A stretch of 64,000 bases of DNA, taken from Candidatus Heimdallarchaeota archaeon. GTDB taxonomy: Archaea > Asgardarchaeota > Wukongarchaeia > Wukongarchaeales > JBHIFL01. Position numbers and translations under genes: made by a program. Under the pieces are notes generated by a model, which saw nothing but the letters and a program-made list of their open reading frames with translations, did not search any database and had not been told where the DNA came from. Shown piece after piece: positions 1 to 10,180 of this stretch; the stretch's first letter is position 1; each line of letters opens with the position of its first letter. The DNA lies in assembly GCA_046761065.1 (NCBI GenBank), contig JBHIFL010000001.1:64001-128000 (forward strand), read 5' to 3'.

Positions 1-304
1 GGGTACTCCCATCTACTCTGTAGTCCCCGAAGCTTTCTATCCCACGTGGTACAACCCTGCGACCCCGAAGTTTACCACCGGTGATCAAGCAGAAGATATT
101 ACGATGGCAAACAAGATCCTTGACGATGCGGGGTACATAGACGTAGACGGAGATGGCATCAGAGAATTCCCTGGAGTCACTCCCATCACAACTGGGCCCA
201 CGACTGTCACAGTTACAGTCGCGGAGTTTTCACTAAGAGCTATTGGTGTCGTTTCTGCAGGAATAATCACCACGCTGATCGCAGCAAAACGTAAGAAAAA
301 GTGA
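1..304 (+). CDS. C-terminal part of peptide/oligopeptide ABC transporter substrate-binding protein (family 5), 5'-truncated by window edge
   Basis: Frame open from position 2 (GTPIYSVVPEAFYPTWYNP...). Motif ANKILDDAGYIDVDGDGIRE is typical of family-5 SBPs. Thr-rich linker, hydrophobic segment and KRKKK tail follow. Directly upstream of the permease genes. Confidence 0.8.
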   Translation, partial: GTPIYSVVPEAFYPTWYNPATPKFTTGDQAEDITMANKILDDAGYIDVDGDGIREFPGVTPITTGPTTVTVTVAEFSLRAIGVVSAGIITTLIAAKRKKK

Positions 305-319
305 AGCCAACACAGGTAA

Positions 320-342
320 ACTTTTTTTCTTTTTTTTTCTTG
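320..342 (+). terminator. Oligo-T tract, probable archaeal terminator/attenuator after the SBP gene
   Basis: ctttttttctttttttttctt begins about 16 nt after the stop codon. Confidence 0.5.
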
Positions 343-410
343 AATTGATTTGATCCTTTGGATATTCTAATATGGTAGTTTTAAACCATAAGTAATTGAG
401 GTAAGGCAAA

Positions 411-1562
411 ATGGGAACAAAGGAATATATTCTTTCGCGGGGGGCTCACGGACTTCTTATATTATATTTGATGATCACTGTCAATTTTCTCCTCTTTCGA
501 ATCATGCCTGGTGATCCTAGGATGGCTCTTCTGGAGCCAGGAATGACACCAGAAATGCGGGCAGCGATTATAGCTAAGTTTGGTCTTGATAAACCGCTTC
601 ATGAGCAATACTTAATTTATATCTGGAACCTTTTCCATGGGGATTGGGGCGAGTCGTTTCGTTTGCCAGGTAGTGTATTGGACATCCTCTTCTCAAGGCG
701 CCTGACAAACACCTTCATTCTCATGGGCGCCTCTATCGCCCTTTCCGTCGTTCTAGGGATGTTTGTAGGAGTCATTTCGGCTTGGAAGTTCGGAACCCGA
801 ACCGATACGTCTTCCCTGGTTTTCTTCCTAGTTACCTATTCGATTCCAATTTTCTGGTTTGGATTGCTCCTTTTGCTCGCATTTGGACGTTATGGTTTTG
901 GGGTTCGGGAACCATGGTCCATTTTCGCCTTCGTAATAGGATGTGCTGTCCTCTTGTTGTTCGGAGCAGGATATGCTGCTCGAAGATACCTAGCCAGCAG
1001 AAGTAAAGGTGATGCCTTTTTTGGAATCGTTTTAGGTTTCTTTTTTATTCTTGTGGTGTACTCTATTAGAAATCCTTGGAAAATTCCTATAGGAGGGACG
1101 GTATCTGTAGAAGAACATGAAAGCTGGCTCCCTTATATAAGGGATTACTTGATCCATATGGCAGCACCTTTGCTTGCGTTGACACTCTCTTTTATAGGTA
1201 GCTTTTATTTAATTATGCGTGACTCGGTTCTAGACATTTTTACGGAGGATTATATGTTAGCCGCAAAAGCCAAAGGCTTGAGCACTCGACGGATTCTTTA
1301 CAAGCATGCAACGAGAAATGCCATGCTTCCGATGATCTCAATCGTCGCTGTGAGTATGGTTTATCTCGTCGGAGGGGCGATAATGACCGAAACGGTATTT
1401 TCATACCCTGGAATCGGATTGCTGACCATTGAATCGCTCCGGAATTCTGATTATCCAATATTACAAGGAATCTTCGTTTTAGTTTCTACTGTGGTGGTTC
1501 TTTCGAACTTTGTAGCTGATTTACTGTACCTATACCTCGATCCACGAATAAGGTATGATTAA
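411..1562 (+). CDS. Peptide ABC transporter permease (OppB/DppB family)
   Basis: MPGDP, FGLDKPLHEQY, GDWGESF, EAA-like loop EDYMLAAKAKGL, HATRNAMLP, C-terminal LDPRIRY. Confidence 0.95.
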   Translation: MGTKEYILSRGAHGLLILYLMITVNFLLFRIMPGDPRMALLEPGMTPEMRAAIIAKFGLDKPLHEQYLIYIWNLFHGDWGESFRLPGSVLDILFSRRLTNTFILMGASIALSVVLGMFVGVISAWKFGTRTDTSSLVFFLVTYSIPIFWFGLLLLLAFGRYGFGVREPWSIFAFVIGCAVLLLFGAGYAARRYLASRSKGDAFFGIVLGFFFILVVYSIRNPWKIPIGGTVSVEEHESWLPYIRDYLIHMAAPLLALTLSFIGSFYLIMRDSVLDIFTEDYMLAAKAKGLSTRRILYKHATRNAMLPMISIVAVSMVYLVGGAIMTETVFSYPGIGLLTIESLRNSDYPILQGIFVLVSTVVVLSNFVADLLYLYLDPRIRYD

Positions 1563-1586
1563 GAAAGTAAAGCGAAGCTGGTAGAA

Positions 1587-3101
1587 ATGGAGTTTAGCTT
1601 GTTTATTATGGCAGGACTATGGTTTTTTATGGGTTCTTTGATTTTTCCCGCAGCCCAAAAATTCTTCCCGAACCTTCATGCATGGTTGATGCGTGTAGGA
1701 ATTAGTGAAAACGAACGTAATCAAGCCATGAAACTATTTATCTTAGGACTTGCTGCTATATTGAGTTGGTGGGCGGTAATAACAAGAATATCAACTTTAC
1801 CTATCTCAATATTTCTGAGTGGGGTGACACAGAGCATTGGAGCAATTTTGATGTTTCCATTTGCCCTCCAATACGCAGATATCCTTCGTAAATATCTCAA
1901 GTGGTTTTTTATTGCTGGGTTACTGATCGTTCTAACTGATTGGTGGATCATCATCGGTCTTACTATCTTGGTAATCGTTCTGGGTGTGGTAATTGATGTC
2001 AAAGTCTTTAGAGTTGTCACAGTGTTTAGAATTGGCCTGTCCACGATTTGGGGACTCTGGATTCTAAACCGCATTACAGACTTGTGGATTTTTCAGGGGG
2101 CATTTTACACTCCAAAAGTTTGGGCAACAAATAGCATCTGGGCAGCCGTCCCAACGAACATCCTCGTGCCAACTGGCATACTTATGTTCATTCCATATCT
2201 CTATATGCACGTTCCTAGTTTCTATGCTTATGTGTATAAATCACGAGAACAAATAACATCCTTCTGGGGATTATTTTCTGAAAGTAAGATGGGCATTGTA
2301 GGGTTGATAATTGTCTGCGTGTTTATGGTCATTGGTATCTTCGCGCCTTATATTGCTCCTTATGATCCTACTGAAACAATGGTTGGCGAACCTTTTGAGT
2401 CACCATCCCGTAAGCATCTACTCGGAACTACCATGGATGGTAAGGACATTTTTAGCCGGATTATTTGGGGCACGCAAATTTCACTGATTGTTGGATTTGT
2501 TGTTGCATTCATGTCAGTCTTTGTGGGGACATTAGTAGGCCTTACCGCGGGTTATTACCGTGGAATCGCTGATACCGCCTTAATGCGACTCACAGACATG
2601 TTTATTGCTTTACCAACGCTTGTATTCATGCTCATCTTTTTGAAACTTTTTGGGCAAGGGCTCCAAAACATTGTATTTGTGTTAATCATTACCGGATGGA
2701 CCGGAACGGCACGAATGGTTCGTTCACAGGTGTTATCCCTACGCGAAAGGCCATTAACTGAAGCTGCACGGGCTATTGGAGCTAAAGATCAGCAAATCGT
2801 CTTTCGGCACATTTTACCCAACACTATGCCCCTAATTTTTGCGAATGCCGTTCTTGGGATTGTTAATGCCATTCTAGGTGAAGCATGGGTCAGCTTCCTT
2901 GGTTTTGGAGATATTTATCATGGGGTGCCCAGCTGGGGACAAGTGTTGTTCTGGGCGGATAAACGAGGTGCCATGCTTATTGGAATGTGGTGGTGGCTGG
3001 TTTTTCCAGGATTGTGCATCATGTTACTGGTACTCGGATTTGCGTTCCTATCCTTCTCCCTAGACCAAATCCTTAACCCAAGACTACGTAAAAGACGGTG
3101 A
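1587..3101 (+). CDS. Peptide ABC transporter permease (OppC/DppC family) with extra N-terminal membrane domain
   Basis: APYDP, HLLGTTMDGKDIFSRIIWG, EAARAIGA, HILPN, LNPRLR; about 220 aa additional hydrophobic N-terminus. Confidence 0.93.
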   Translation: MEFSLFIMAGLWFFMGSLIFPAAQKFFPNLHAWLMRVGISENERNQAMKLFILGLAAILSWWAVITRISTLPISIFLSGVTQSIGAILMFPFALQYADILRKYLKWFFIAGLLIVLTDWWIIIGLTILVIVLGVVIDVKVFRVVTVFRIGLSTIWGLWILNRITDLWIFQGAFYTPKVWATNSIWAAVPTNILVPTGILMFIPYLYMHVPSFYAYVYKSREQITSFWGLFSESKMGIVGLIIVCVFMVIGIFAPYIAPYDPTETMVGEPFESPSRKHLLGTTMDGKDIFSRIIWGTQISLIVGFVVAFMSVFVGTLVGLTAGYYRGIADTALMRLTDMFIALPTLVFMLIFLKLFGQGLQNIVFVLIITGWTGTARMVRSQVLSLRERPLTEAARAIGAKDQQIVFRHILPNTMPLIFANAVLGIVNAILGEAWVSFLGFGDIYHGVPSWGQVLFWADKRGAMLIGMWWWLVFPGLCIMLLVLGFAFLSFSLDQILNPRLRKRR

Positions 3102-3107
3102 TCTAAT

Positions 3108-4079
3108 GTGAAGGTTCTTGAAGTATCCAACTTGACAACGTATTACACCCTTCGTGAGGGATTTGTATCAGCAGTAGATAAGGTATCCTTCTTTATCGAC
3201 GAAGGAGCGACATTTGGCATTGCTGGCGAATCAGGTTGTGGAAAAACCACCATGGCCCTATCCATCATGCGAATTCTCCCTGAAAACGGTCAGATCATCG
3301 ATGGGCAGATCACTTTAGATGGTGAGGACATCCTTGCAAAGTCCGATGATGAGATGAAAAAAGTTCGCTGGAAACATGTCTCGATGGTTTTTCAGTACGC
3401 CATGAATGCCTTTAACCCTGTTCTTAAGGTTGGGGAGCAGATTGTGGAAGCGATTATGAGCAAAGAGCAGGTTCGAAAAGAAGATGCTTGGGATAAAGCC
3501 AGCCAATTGTTTGAAGTAGTCGGATTGGATCCTTCGCGTGTGACAGATTATCCTCATGAGTTCAGTGGAGGAATGAAACAGCGAGCTATAATCGCTCAAG
3601 CGTTAGCATGTGATCCCAAACTTATCATTGCGGATGAACCTGTTACAGCCCTAGATGTGATTGTTCAAGCCAAAATATTAAATCTCTTACAAGAACTACA
3701 AAAAGAGTTTAACTTGGCTGTTATGCTCATCACTCATGACCTCTCAGTAATTGCAGAAGTCTGTGACCAAGTAGGAATTATGTATGCAGGAAAGCTTATG
3801 GAAAGGGGGAGTGCTGAGGCCCTGTTTAAACAATCAAAACATCCATACACCAAAAAATTGATAGGTGCGTTTCCAAGTGTGACAGGAGAGAAGAAACATT
3901 TGGAATTCATCCCAGGTACCCCTCCCAATCTTCTGAATCCACCATCGGGGTGTCGGTTTCACCCCCGCTGCTATATGGCTCAACGGATTTGCGAAACTAA
4001 AGAACCTCACTTTGCGGACTATGGAAACGGTCACTTTTCTGCTTGTCATTTTGCCGAAAAGGTGAACGAAAGTGACTGA
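3108..4079 (+). CDS. Peptide ABC transporter ATP-binding protein (OppD/DppD)
   Basis: Walker A GESGCGKT, YPHEFSGGMKQR, IADEP, C-terminal GCRFHPRC oligopeptide domain. Confidence 0.96.
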   Translation: MKVLEVSNLTTYYTLREGFVSAVDKVSFFIDEGATFGIAGESGCGKTTMALSIMRILPENGQIIDGQITLDGEDILAKSDDEMKKVRWKHVSMVFQYAMNAFNPVLKVGEQIVEAIMSKEQVRKEDAWDKASQLFEVVGLDPSRVTDYPHEFSGGMKQRAIIAQALACDPKLIIADEPVTALDVIVQAKILNLLQELQKEFNLAVMLITHDLSVIAEVCDQVGIMYAGKLMERGSAEALFKQSKHPYTKKLIGAFPSVTGEKKHLEFIPGTPPNLLNPPSGCRFHPRCYMAQRICETKEPHFADYGNGHFSACHFAEKVNESD

Positions 4080-4095
4080 AATAGAGTGATCCACA

Positions 4096-5085
4096 TTGAA
4101 TAATGTAGTAATTCAAGTAAAAGACCTATTTAAATGGTTTCCTGTCCGTACAGGGCTTTTTTCTGCATTTTTTCGAACAAAAAAGGAGTTTGTGCATGCG
4201 GTTGATGGTATCAGCTTTGATGTGCGAAGAGGAGAGATCCTGTGCCTTGCTGGCGAATCAGGCTGCGGAAAAACAACGACTGCCCGGGTAGTCCTACGCC
4301 TAATCGAACCCACTGCTGGTGAAATCTACTACGAAGGAACAGATATTGTTAAACTCGAAAAAGAAGCGCTTCGAAAACTGCGCGCAGATATTCAAATGAT
4401 TTTTCAAGACCCGTATGAGTCATTAGATCCTCGAATGAGTATCTTTAATATCCTTGATGAGCCACTTGAATATCATCACCCAAATTTAACTCGAGAAGAA
4501 AAACGTGTCCGTATCCTCAAAGCCTTAGAAGATGTTCGCTTAATCCCTCCAGAAGATTTTGCAGGTCGATATACCCATGAACTAAGTGGTGGACAACGTC
4601 AACGCGTTGCAGTAGCTCGATCCCTGATCCTCCAGCCTAAATTCATTATCGCCGATGAACCAGTGTCTATGTTAGATGCTTCCGTCCGTACGGAGGTTCT
4701 AAATGTCTTTACAGAGCTTCAGAAAAAGTATAATTTAACCTATCTCTACATCACTCACGACCTTGCTCAAGCGCGTTACATTGGAGATCGGCTCATTATC
4801 ATGTATCTCGGTCAAATCATGGAACAGGGTCCCATGGAAGATACTGTCAGCGCGCCTCAACACCCTTACACGAAAGCTCTCATCTCGAATGTGCCGATTC
4901 CAAATCCCACGATCCAACGGGAACGTATCATGATTAAAGGGGAAACACCGACCCCGATCAATGTGCCTCCCGGTTGCAGATTTCATCCACGCTGCCCTTG
5001 GCGCATGGTGGTCTGTAGTGAGGTGGAACCAGAACTGAAACCTCTCGGGAAAGATTGGTTGGCGCGGTGCCACCTCTTAACTTGA
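4096..5085 (+). CDS. Peptide ABC transporter ATP-binding protein (OppF/DppF)
   Basis: GESGCGKT, QMIFQDPYESLDPR, ELSGGQRQR, ADEPVSMLD, GCRFHPRC. Confidence 0.96.
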   Translation: MNNVVIQVKDLFKWFPVRTGLFSAFFRTKKEFVHAVDGISFDVRRGEILCLAGESGCGKTTTARVVLRLIEPTAGEIYYEGTDIVKLEKEALRKLRADIQMIFQDPYESLDPRMSIFNILDEPLEYHHPNLTREEKRVRILKALEDVRLIPPEDFAGRYTHELSGGQRQRVAVARSLILQPKFIIADEPVSMLDASVRTEVLNVFTELQKKYNLTYLYITHDLAQARYIGDRLIIMYLGQIMEQGPMEDTVSAPQHPYTKALISNVPIPNPTIQRERIMIKGETPTPINVPPGCRFHPRCPWRMVVCSEVEPELKPLGKDWLARCHLLT

Positions 5086-5161
5086 CCCTGATTAGCTCTA
5101 GTAACTTTCCTTCCCTCTGACACTTGGCTGCTGGGCTCATCCAAATTGGGAGGATTCGTGT

Positions 5162-6778
5162 GTGAGTCGGAATCGTGCGTTTTTGATTACATTACATATC
5201 ATATTCGTTCTACTCGGGCCAGTGGGACATCAATTAGTTCAAGGTAGACTTAGTGAGTTTATCTTCACACTAGCCACAGGTGATTTAGATGGCGACGGAA
5301 CTCATGATGTGATCGTTGGAACCGACCCCCACACTGTTCATGCCTTCAATGGGATTACTGGACACCGCATTTGGACGAATACTGAGCCCAATGAATATGT
5401 CTATTGCGTAGCCTCCGCAAATCTAGATCATGATGATGCTGATGAGATCCTCGTTGGATCATGGGACCATAACTTCTATGCGTTAGATGGCCTCACCGGG
5501 ACAACGCTGTGGGTTAACGATGCCCCGTTTAATTCCATTATATCCTTAGAGGTTGGGGACTTCAATGGTGACGGGATCGAGGACGCACTTGGCGGAGCTC
5601 AGGACACCAATGTCTATGCTATCAATGGACTCACGGGAGAAACCTTGTGGATAAATCGAGAGCCGTGGAGGGACGTTCTCTCTGTCGCAGTGGGGGATTT
5701 AACTGGGGATGGGGTGGATGACGCACTCGCCTCTTCGCTTTTCTATGTTTACGCTTTCGAAGGACTTACAGGGCGAACACTATGGATTAATCGTGATCCG
5801 TTCAATGTTGTCGGCTCCATAGCCATTGGGGACTTCAATCACGATGGGGTAGATGATGCACTCGCGGGTTCCTGGGATTCAAATATCTACGCGATAGATG
5901 GGCGAACTGGTAAGCTACTGTGGGTCAATACAACTCCCTCTCAACGAATCCTTTCCCTTGCCGTTGGTGACCTTTCAGGAGATGGAAGGGTTGATGCACT
6001 GGCGGGGACACTCAATGGTGGGGTGTATGCTATAGATGGAGCTACAGGAACCACTCTCTGGGAATTTACAAACGAATCCTCATCAATTATTTCCTTAGCT
6101 ACAGGTGACTTCAATCAGGACCACATAGATGATGCTTTAATAGGATCTTCGGCCTCCAATGTCTATGCATTCGATGGCCCCACAGGAAGGGTTTTTTGGA
6201 TTAATACACGAGGTCGAGCACGAGTCACCGCCCTAGCAGTTAGTGATCTTAATGGGGATACATTTTCAGATGCTGTCATTGGATCAATGGGCAATATCTA
6301 CGTAATAGACGGCTCAACCAACCAAATTCTCTGGGAAACTGAGAAACCTTGGGAAAAAGTTCAAGGGTATGTTGTGCCCCTCACTCTTCTCACATCTGCC
6401 AGTGTAATAGTGATAGCCTATGTGCCATTTGAGCTGCGAGGGAAAAATATCCAAAATGACAAACTAGAATCATCTGAAGAACCGAAAAAAGACCGATTTG
6501 GGACAGGATATGCTATCAGTATACTAATTGTAGGCTTGGTTGCTGCATCTGGAGGCCAAGATTGGCAAGCAGTTGATATGGTTACAGAAATTTGGTACAT
6601 CTTTTTATTGATGAGCCTCCCAGTCTATTTGCTCAGCGTGATGATCGCTTATATTAAAGCCCCTTCAGTATCTGCTTTTCGAGTGCAAAAACTTGCTAAT
6701 TTTTACTTTGCAATCCTATTCTTTTTGACAATATGCTTGTTTCTATTATTTGTACCCAGAGTGAGTTTATCACACTAG
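5162..6778 (+). CDS. Membrane-anchored FG-GAP/PQQ-like beta-propeller repeat protein
   Basis: N-terminal hydrophobic signal; about 8 repeats of ~44 aa (GDxxGDGxxDxxxG...VYAxDGxTG..LW); about 4 C-terminal TM helices. Confidence 0.85.
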   Translation: MSRNRAFLITLHIIFVLLGPVGHQLVQGRLSEFIFTLATGDLDGDGTHDVIVGTDPHTVHAFNGITGHRIWTNTEPNEYVYCVASANLDHDDADEILVGSWDHNFYALDGLTGTTLWVNDAPFNSIISLEVGDFNGDGIEDALGGAQDTNVYAINGLTGETLWINREPWRDVLSVAVGDLTGDGVDDALASSLFYVYAFEGLTGRTLWINRDPFNVVGSIAIGDFNHDGVDDALAGSWDSNIYAIDGRTGKLLWVNTTPSQRILSLAVGDLSGDGRVDALAGTLNGGVYAIDGATGTTLWEFTNESSSIISLATGDFNQDHIDDALIGSSASNVYAFDGPTGRVFWINTRGRARVTALAVSDLNGDTFSDAVIGSMGNIYVIDGSTNQILWETEKPWEKVQGYVVPLTLLTSASVIVIAYVPFELRGKNIQNDKLESSEEPKKDRFGTGYAISILIVGLVAASGGQDWQAVDMVTEIWYIFLLMSLPVYLLSVMIAYIKAPSVSAFRVQKLANFYFAILFFLTICLFLLFVPRVSLSH

Positions 6779-6794
6779 AATTGCGTCTTTTTGA

Positions 6795-8729
6795 TCAACT
6801 AATCCTCCCACGTATTAAAACCGTTGTTAATACAATAAAAAGAAAGATACACAAAGTTACAACATAGAAGACGAAGTGTTCTGCCCATGAATATTGAGTG
6901 CGTAATCTAACCTTGGTGTCATCAGCTTTGATAGGATTGGTACCCCTCGCTAGCTCCACCCAATCATAAATTCCATCCTGATCTGTGTCAGGTTCAAGGG
7001 GATTAGTCCCATAAAGGATCTCACTTAAATCTTTCAGTCTGTCTCCATCGGTATCTGGAGATATCGGGTTTGTACCGAATTTGTTCACTTCATCTACATT
7101 GGTGATGCCATCCCCATCGGTATCTGTAATTACAGCATCTGGGATTAAGGGGTTCGTGAAATAAGTAGTCACTTCTTCCACATTGAGCAGGCCGTCTCCA
7201 TCGGTATCGGCATCTCCTGCATCCGGAACTTGAGGATTAGTGAAGAACTTGATTACTTCTGACCCATCCCGAAGTCCATCATGATCCGAATCCGGTACCG
7301 TGGGATTCGTCCCGAACATTTCCAGTTCGGCCCTAGTGGCTAATTCGTCTCCATCATAGTCTGCCCCATTTCCCGTATTGGCTGAATTGCCACGGAACAT
7401 GCCCCAGAGGATGTATTGCATGTTAAATGGTCCTGCACAATCCCAAGCATAGACCTTCCCATCATGAGAGCCCACAACGATCTCTGTATCCCCATCTCCA
7501 TCTAAATCCCCTAATGCCGGGGAGGAAAGAACCCAACTCCCGGTTTGCTGCGGCCAGCCTTTTACCAGAGTGCCGTTGGGGTGCCAAGCATAAACCTTGC
7601 CATCGGAGGAGCCCACAAGCGTTTCGACGATGCGATCACCATTGATGTCCCCGAGAGCTGGGGACGAGAGAACCCAACCCCCGGTCTGCTGCGGCCAGCC
7701 TTCTACTAACGTACCATTGTGGTGCCAGGCATAGATCTTGCCATCATACGAGCCAACCACAATTTCTGAGAGCCCATCTCCGTCTATGTCCCCTAGGGCC
7801 GGAGATGAAGACACAACATCACCGGTCTTTTGCGGCCATCCCTCTGCGGGGTCACCTGAGTGATGCCAAACATAAACCTTGCCATCCTTCGCGCCGACCA
7901 CGATTTCGAGATCGTTGTCGCCATCAATATCTCCAATGGCCGAAGATGAGAAGGTACTACCCCCAAAAGGCTGAAGCCAACCACCTTTAAGCATGCCATC
8001 GTAGTTCCACACACCAAGGTTCTTTTTATTCGATCCGCATGCTGCAATCAGCTCCATCTCCCCGTCCATGTCGAGATCCCCAAGCGCTGGGGACGAACGG
8101 AGGTGGGAACCAACATTCTTAGGCCAACCGGATCCTATTGTACCATCATGATGCCATACATAAATTGTGCCAATAATCGATATAGCGACTATTTCTATAT
8201 TGCCGTTGCCATCGAGATCTCCAAGAGCGATAGAAGCTTCTATCGGACCATTTGCTTGTCTTGGCCACCCTACAACGGAGGAACCATTGTAATGCCACGC
8301 GTGAACCTTCCCATCCGATGAACCCGCAAATATCTCCATATACCCATCTCCCTCCAGATCTATAAGCGCCGGAGAAGAGGACAACTCACTTCCCGTCCGT
8401 TTTGGCCATCCGCTCACCGCTTTACCCTCGTGATGCCACGCGTAAACCATTCCATCGGAGGAACCTACAATTATTTCCACGTCTCCATCCCCATCAATAT
8501 CACCAAGTGTGGGCGAAGCTTTTATAGGTCCCTGGGTCCGGCGTGGCCATCCTATTTGGTATGGTGCAACCGAAGAAGTTGTATCGATGTTTGTAGCACT
8601 AATTTTTTCTTCAAAAGGCTTGTTTGGTAGCATAATTGAATCTTCTCGTTCATTCGACTGTTCCGCGCTAGGAGACGTAAAAACACTAATCAACAAGCCA
8701 AGGAGGATTAGAGCATATTTACTTTTCAT
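6795..8729 (-). CDS. Surface protein with FG-GAP (integrin-alpha-like) repeats plus thrombospondin type-3-like Ca-binding repeats and C-terminal TM anchor
   Basis: Likely start MKSKYALILL (ATG at 8729). Repeats GWP..TG....SSPALGD.DGDG..EIVVGS.DGKVYAW, then DTDGDGL....E....TNP repeats, and a C-terminal hydrophobic helix. Confidence 0.85.
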   Translation of the reverse strand: MKSKYALILLGLLISVFTSPSAEQSNEREDSIMLPNKPFEEKISATNIDTTSSVAPYQIGWPRRTQGPIKASPTLGDIDGDGDVEIIVGSSDGMVYAWHHEGKAVSGWPKRTGSELSSSPALIDLEGDGYMEIFAGSSDGKVHAWHYNGSSVVGWPRQANGPIEASIALGDLDGNGNIEIVAISIIGTIYVWHHDGTIGSGWPKNVGSHLRSSPALGDLDMDGEMELIAACGSNKKNLGVWNYDGMLKGGWLQPFGGSTFSSSAIGDIDGDNDLEIVVGAKDGKVYVWHHSGDPAEGWPQKTGDVVSSSPALGDIDGDGLSEIVVGSYDGKIYAWHHNGTLVEGWPQQTGGWVLSSPALGDINGDRIVETLVGSSDGKVYAWHPNGTLVKGWPQQTGSWVLSSPALGDLDGDGDTEIVVGSHDGKVYAWDCAGPFNMQYILWGMFRGNSANTGNGADYDGDELATRAELEMFGTNPTVPDSDHDGLRDGSEVIKFFTNPQVPDAGDADTDGDGLLNVEEVTTYFTNPLIPDAVITDTDGDGITNVDEVNKFGTNPISPDTDGDRLKDLSEILYGTNPLEPDTDQDGIYDWVELARGTNPIKADDTKVRLRTQYSWAEHFVFYVVTLCIFLFIVLTTVLIRGRIS

Positions 8730-8885
8730 CAAAGAAACTCTATCTCCTCTCACGTTCACATCAAACCTTCCCTTGAATGAAATGAGAAAAAGGGCCATAA
8801 GGTTCTTTTTCTACATTCCTTTACCTATATGGTTCGTTAGATCCCTCTTATAGGAGAAAGCGCATCATTCCTGAGTGGTGAAACA

Positions 8886-9686
8886 TTATTTGTCAATTAC
8901 AGCTTCCAATGTCGCTCTGCAGGCATCATCCACACTACACAAGCGACTTAAGGCATCATCAAGACTTCCTCCTTTTTTCTGCCCCAATCTAACAAAGTCT
9001 ATTATAATAAAACGGTCTTCCCCTGTTTGTTGATTTTCGACTGATACAATGAGTTGGGGGCAGTAAAATACGCCCGCGTTGGTCACCTCTGTGAACAACG
9101 CGTTATCGGGTAACCCTAATCGCATTAGAAAGGAAAATCTCACTCCGGAAATCTGGGCAAGCCGTCGAGTGAGTTGGTCTTCTCTGATTCGGGTAGCTTT
9201 TGATGTAGGCAAAAATAGACTCATGGTCTGCATTCTTCGGTGGATTTGGCGAAGTTCCTGCGCCATTTCTTGCCGTTCGATGTCGATTTCAGTACGATAT
9301 TCAAGTAATTTGTCAAAAATGGTGGGGATGTCTGCTGTTTCAACAGATCCCACCACTTCTTGGGATGGGTTATGATTTACCAACTCCAATTCATGGATAT
9401 CCGGACGAAACAGAGATAAAAGATCATTCTCCTCCACCACGCAGGAGCTGAACATAGCGTTGAGAGCTGTCATTCCCGATCCGGTATTTTCTTGGTTAAA
9501 ACTTGGATCATTCCCTTCGTTGGTGAATTCATAGCGGATTTTATAATACGGCATCCAAATCTTTGTTTCCGAGCAAACAGTTTCTAGAATCCGTCTATGT
9601 ATTAGACCTTTTCTTGCGAGATTTTTGTTAATGGTTTTCTCAATTTCCATTCTTTCGATTGCAGGTATTTGAACTACCTTGATCAT
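8886..9686 (-). CDS. Hypothetical protein with central coiled-coil
   Basis: 266-aa ORF; no family recognised. Confidence 0.6.
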   Translation of the reverse strand: MIKVVQIPAIERMEIEKTINKNLARKGLIHRRILETVCSETKIWMPYYKIRYEFTNEGNDPSFNQENTGSGMTALNAMFSSCVVEENDLLSLFRPDIHELELVNHNPSQEVVGSVETADIPTIFDKLLEYRTEIDIERQEMAQELRQIHRRMQTMSLFLPTSKATRIREDQLTRRLAQISGVRFSFLMRLGLPDNALFTEVTNAGVFYCPQLIVSVENQQTGEDRFIIIDFVRLGQKKGGSLDDALSRLCSVDDACRATLEAVIDK

Positions 9687-10180
9687 GGATTTTTCCGCCT
9701 TATTACACCAACTGTTAATCCAATTAGTAGACGTCTTATTTATATCTTAAGTTGTTGAAGAAAAAGGCAGTAATAGCTCCCTAGAGGACATATTTGTTGT
9801 TATTTACTACTGCAATCCTGTACACATGTTTTATGGTTCTCTGTATACATTTCCTATGATATTGACTTACTGAAAATGAAAATTCAATGGTTTTTCCAGA
9901 TTATAAGGAATGATATTCTTGCGTGATCAATATGAATGTACCTTCGGACTCGATCTTGTGAAATTTAGATTATTAGGCATGAAGAAGCCGCTTTCCTCTT
10001 AGAAGCCAGAAAATGAGGGGAGAAGGAATTTACTACGAGGAGAACCAAAAGGTTATTTTAAATCCTATTAAGTGGAAAATTATAAAGATACACCAATGTA
10101 TTTGGTCTTTGAACATCCTATACTAAATGAAACAAATTCTCGACAGGTCAGAAGCGTAATATGCTTAATGAGGGGTTTTT

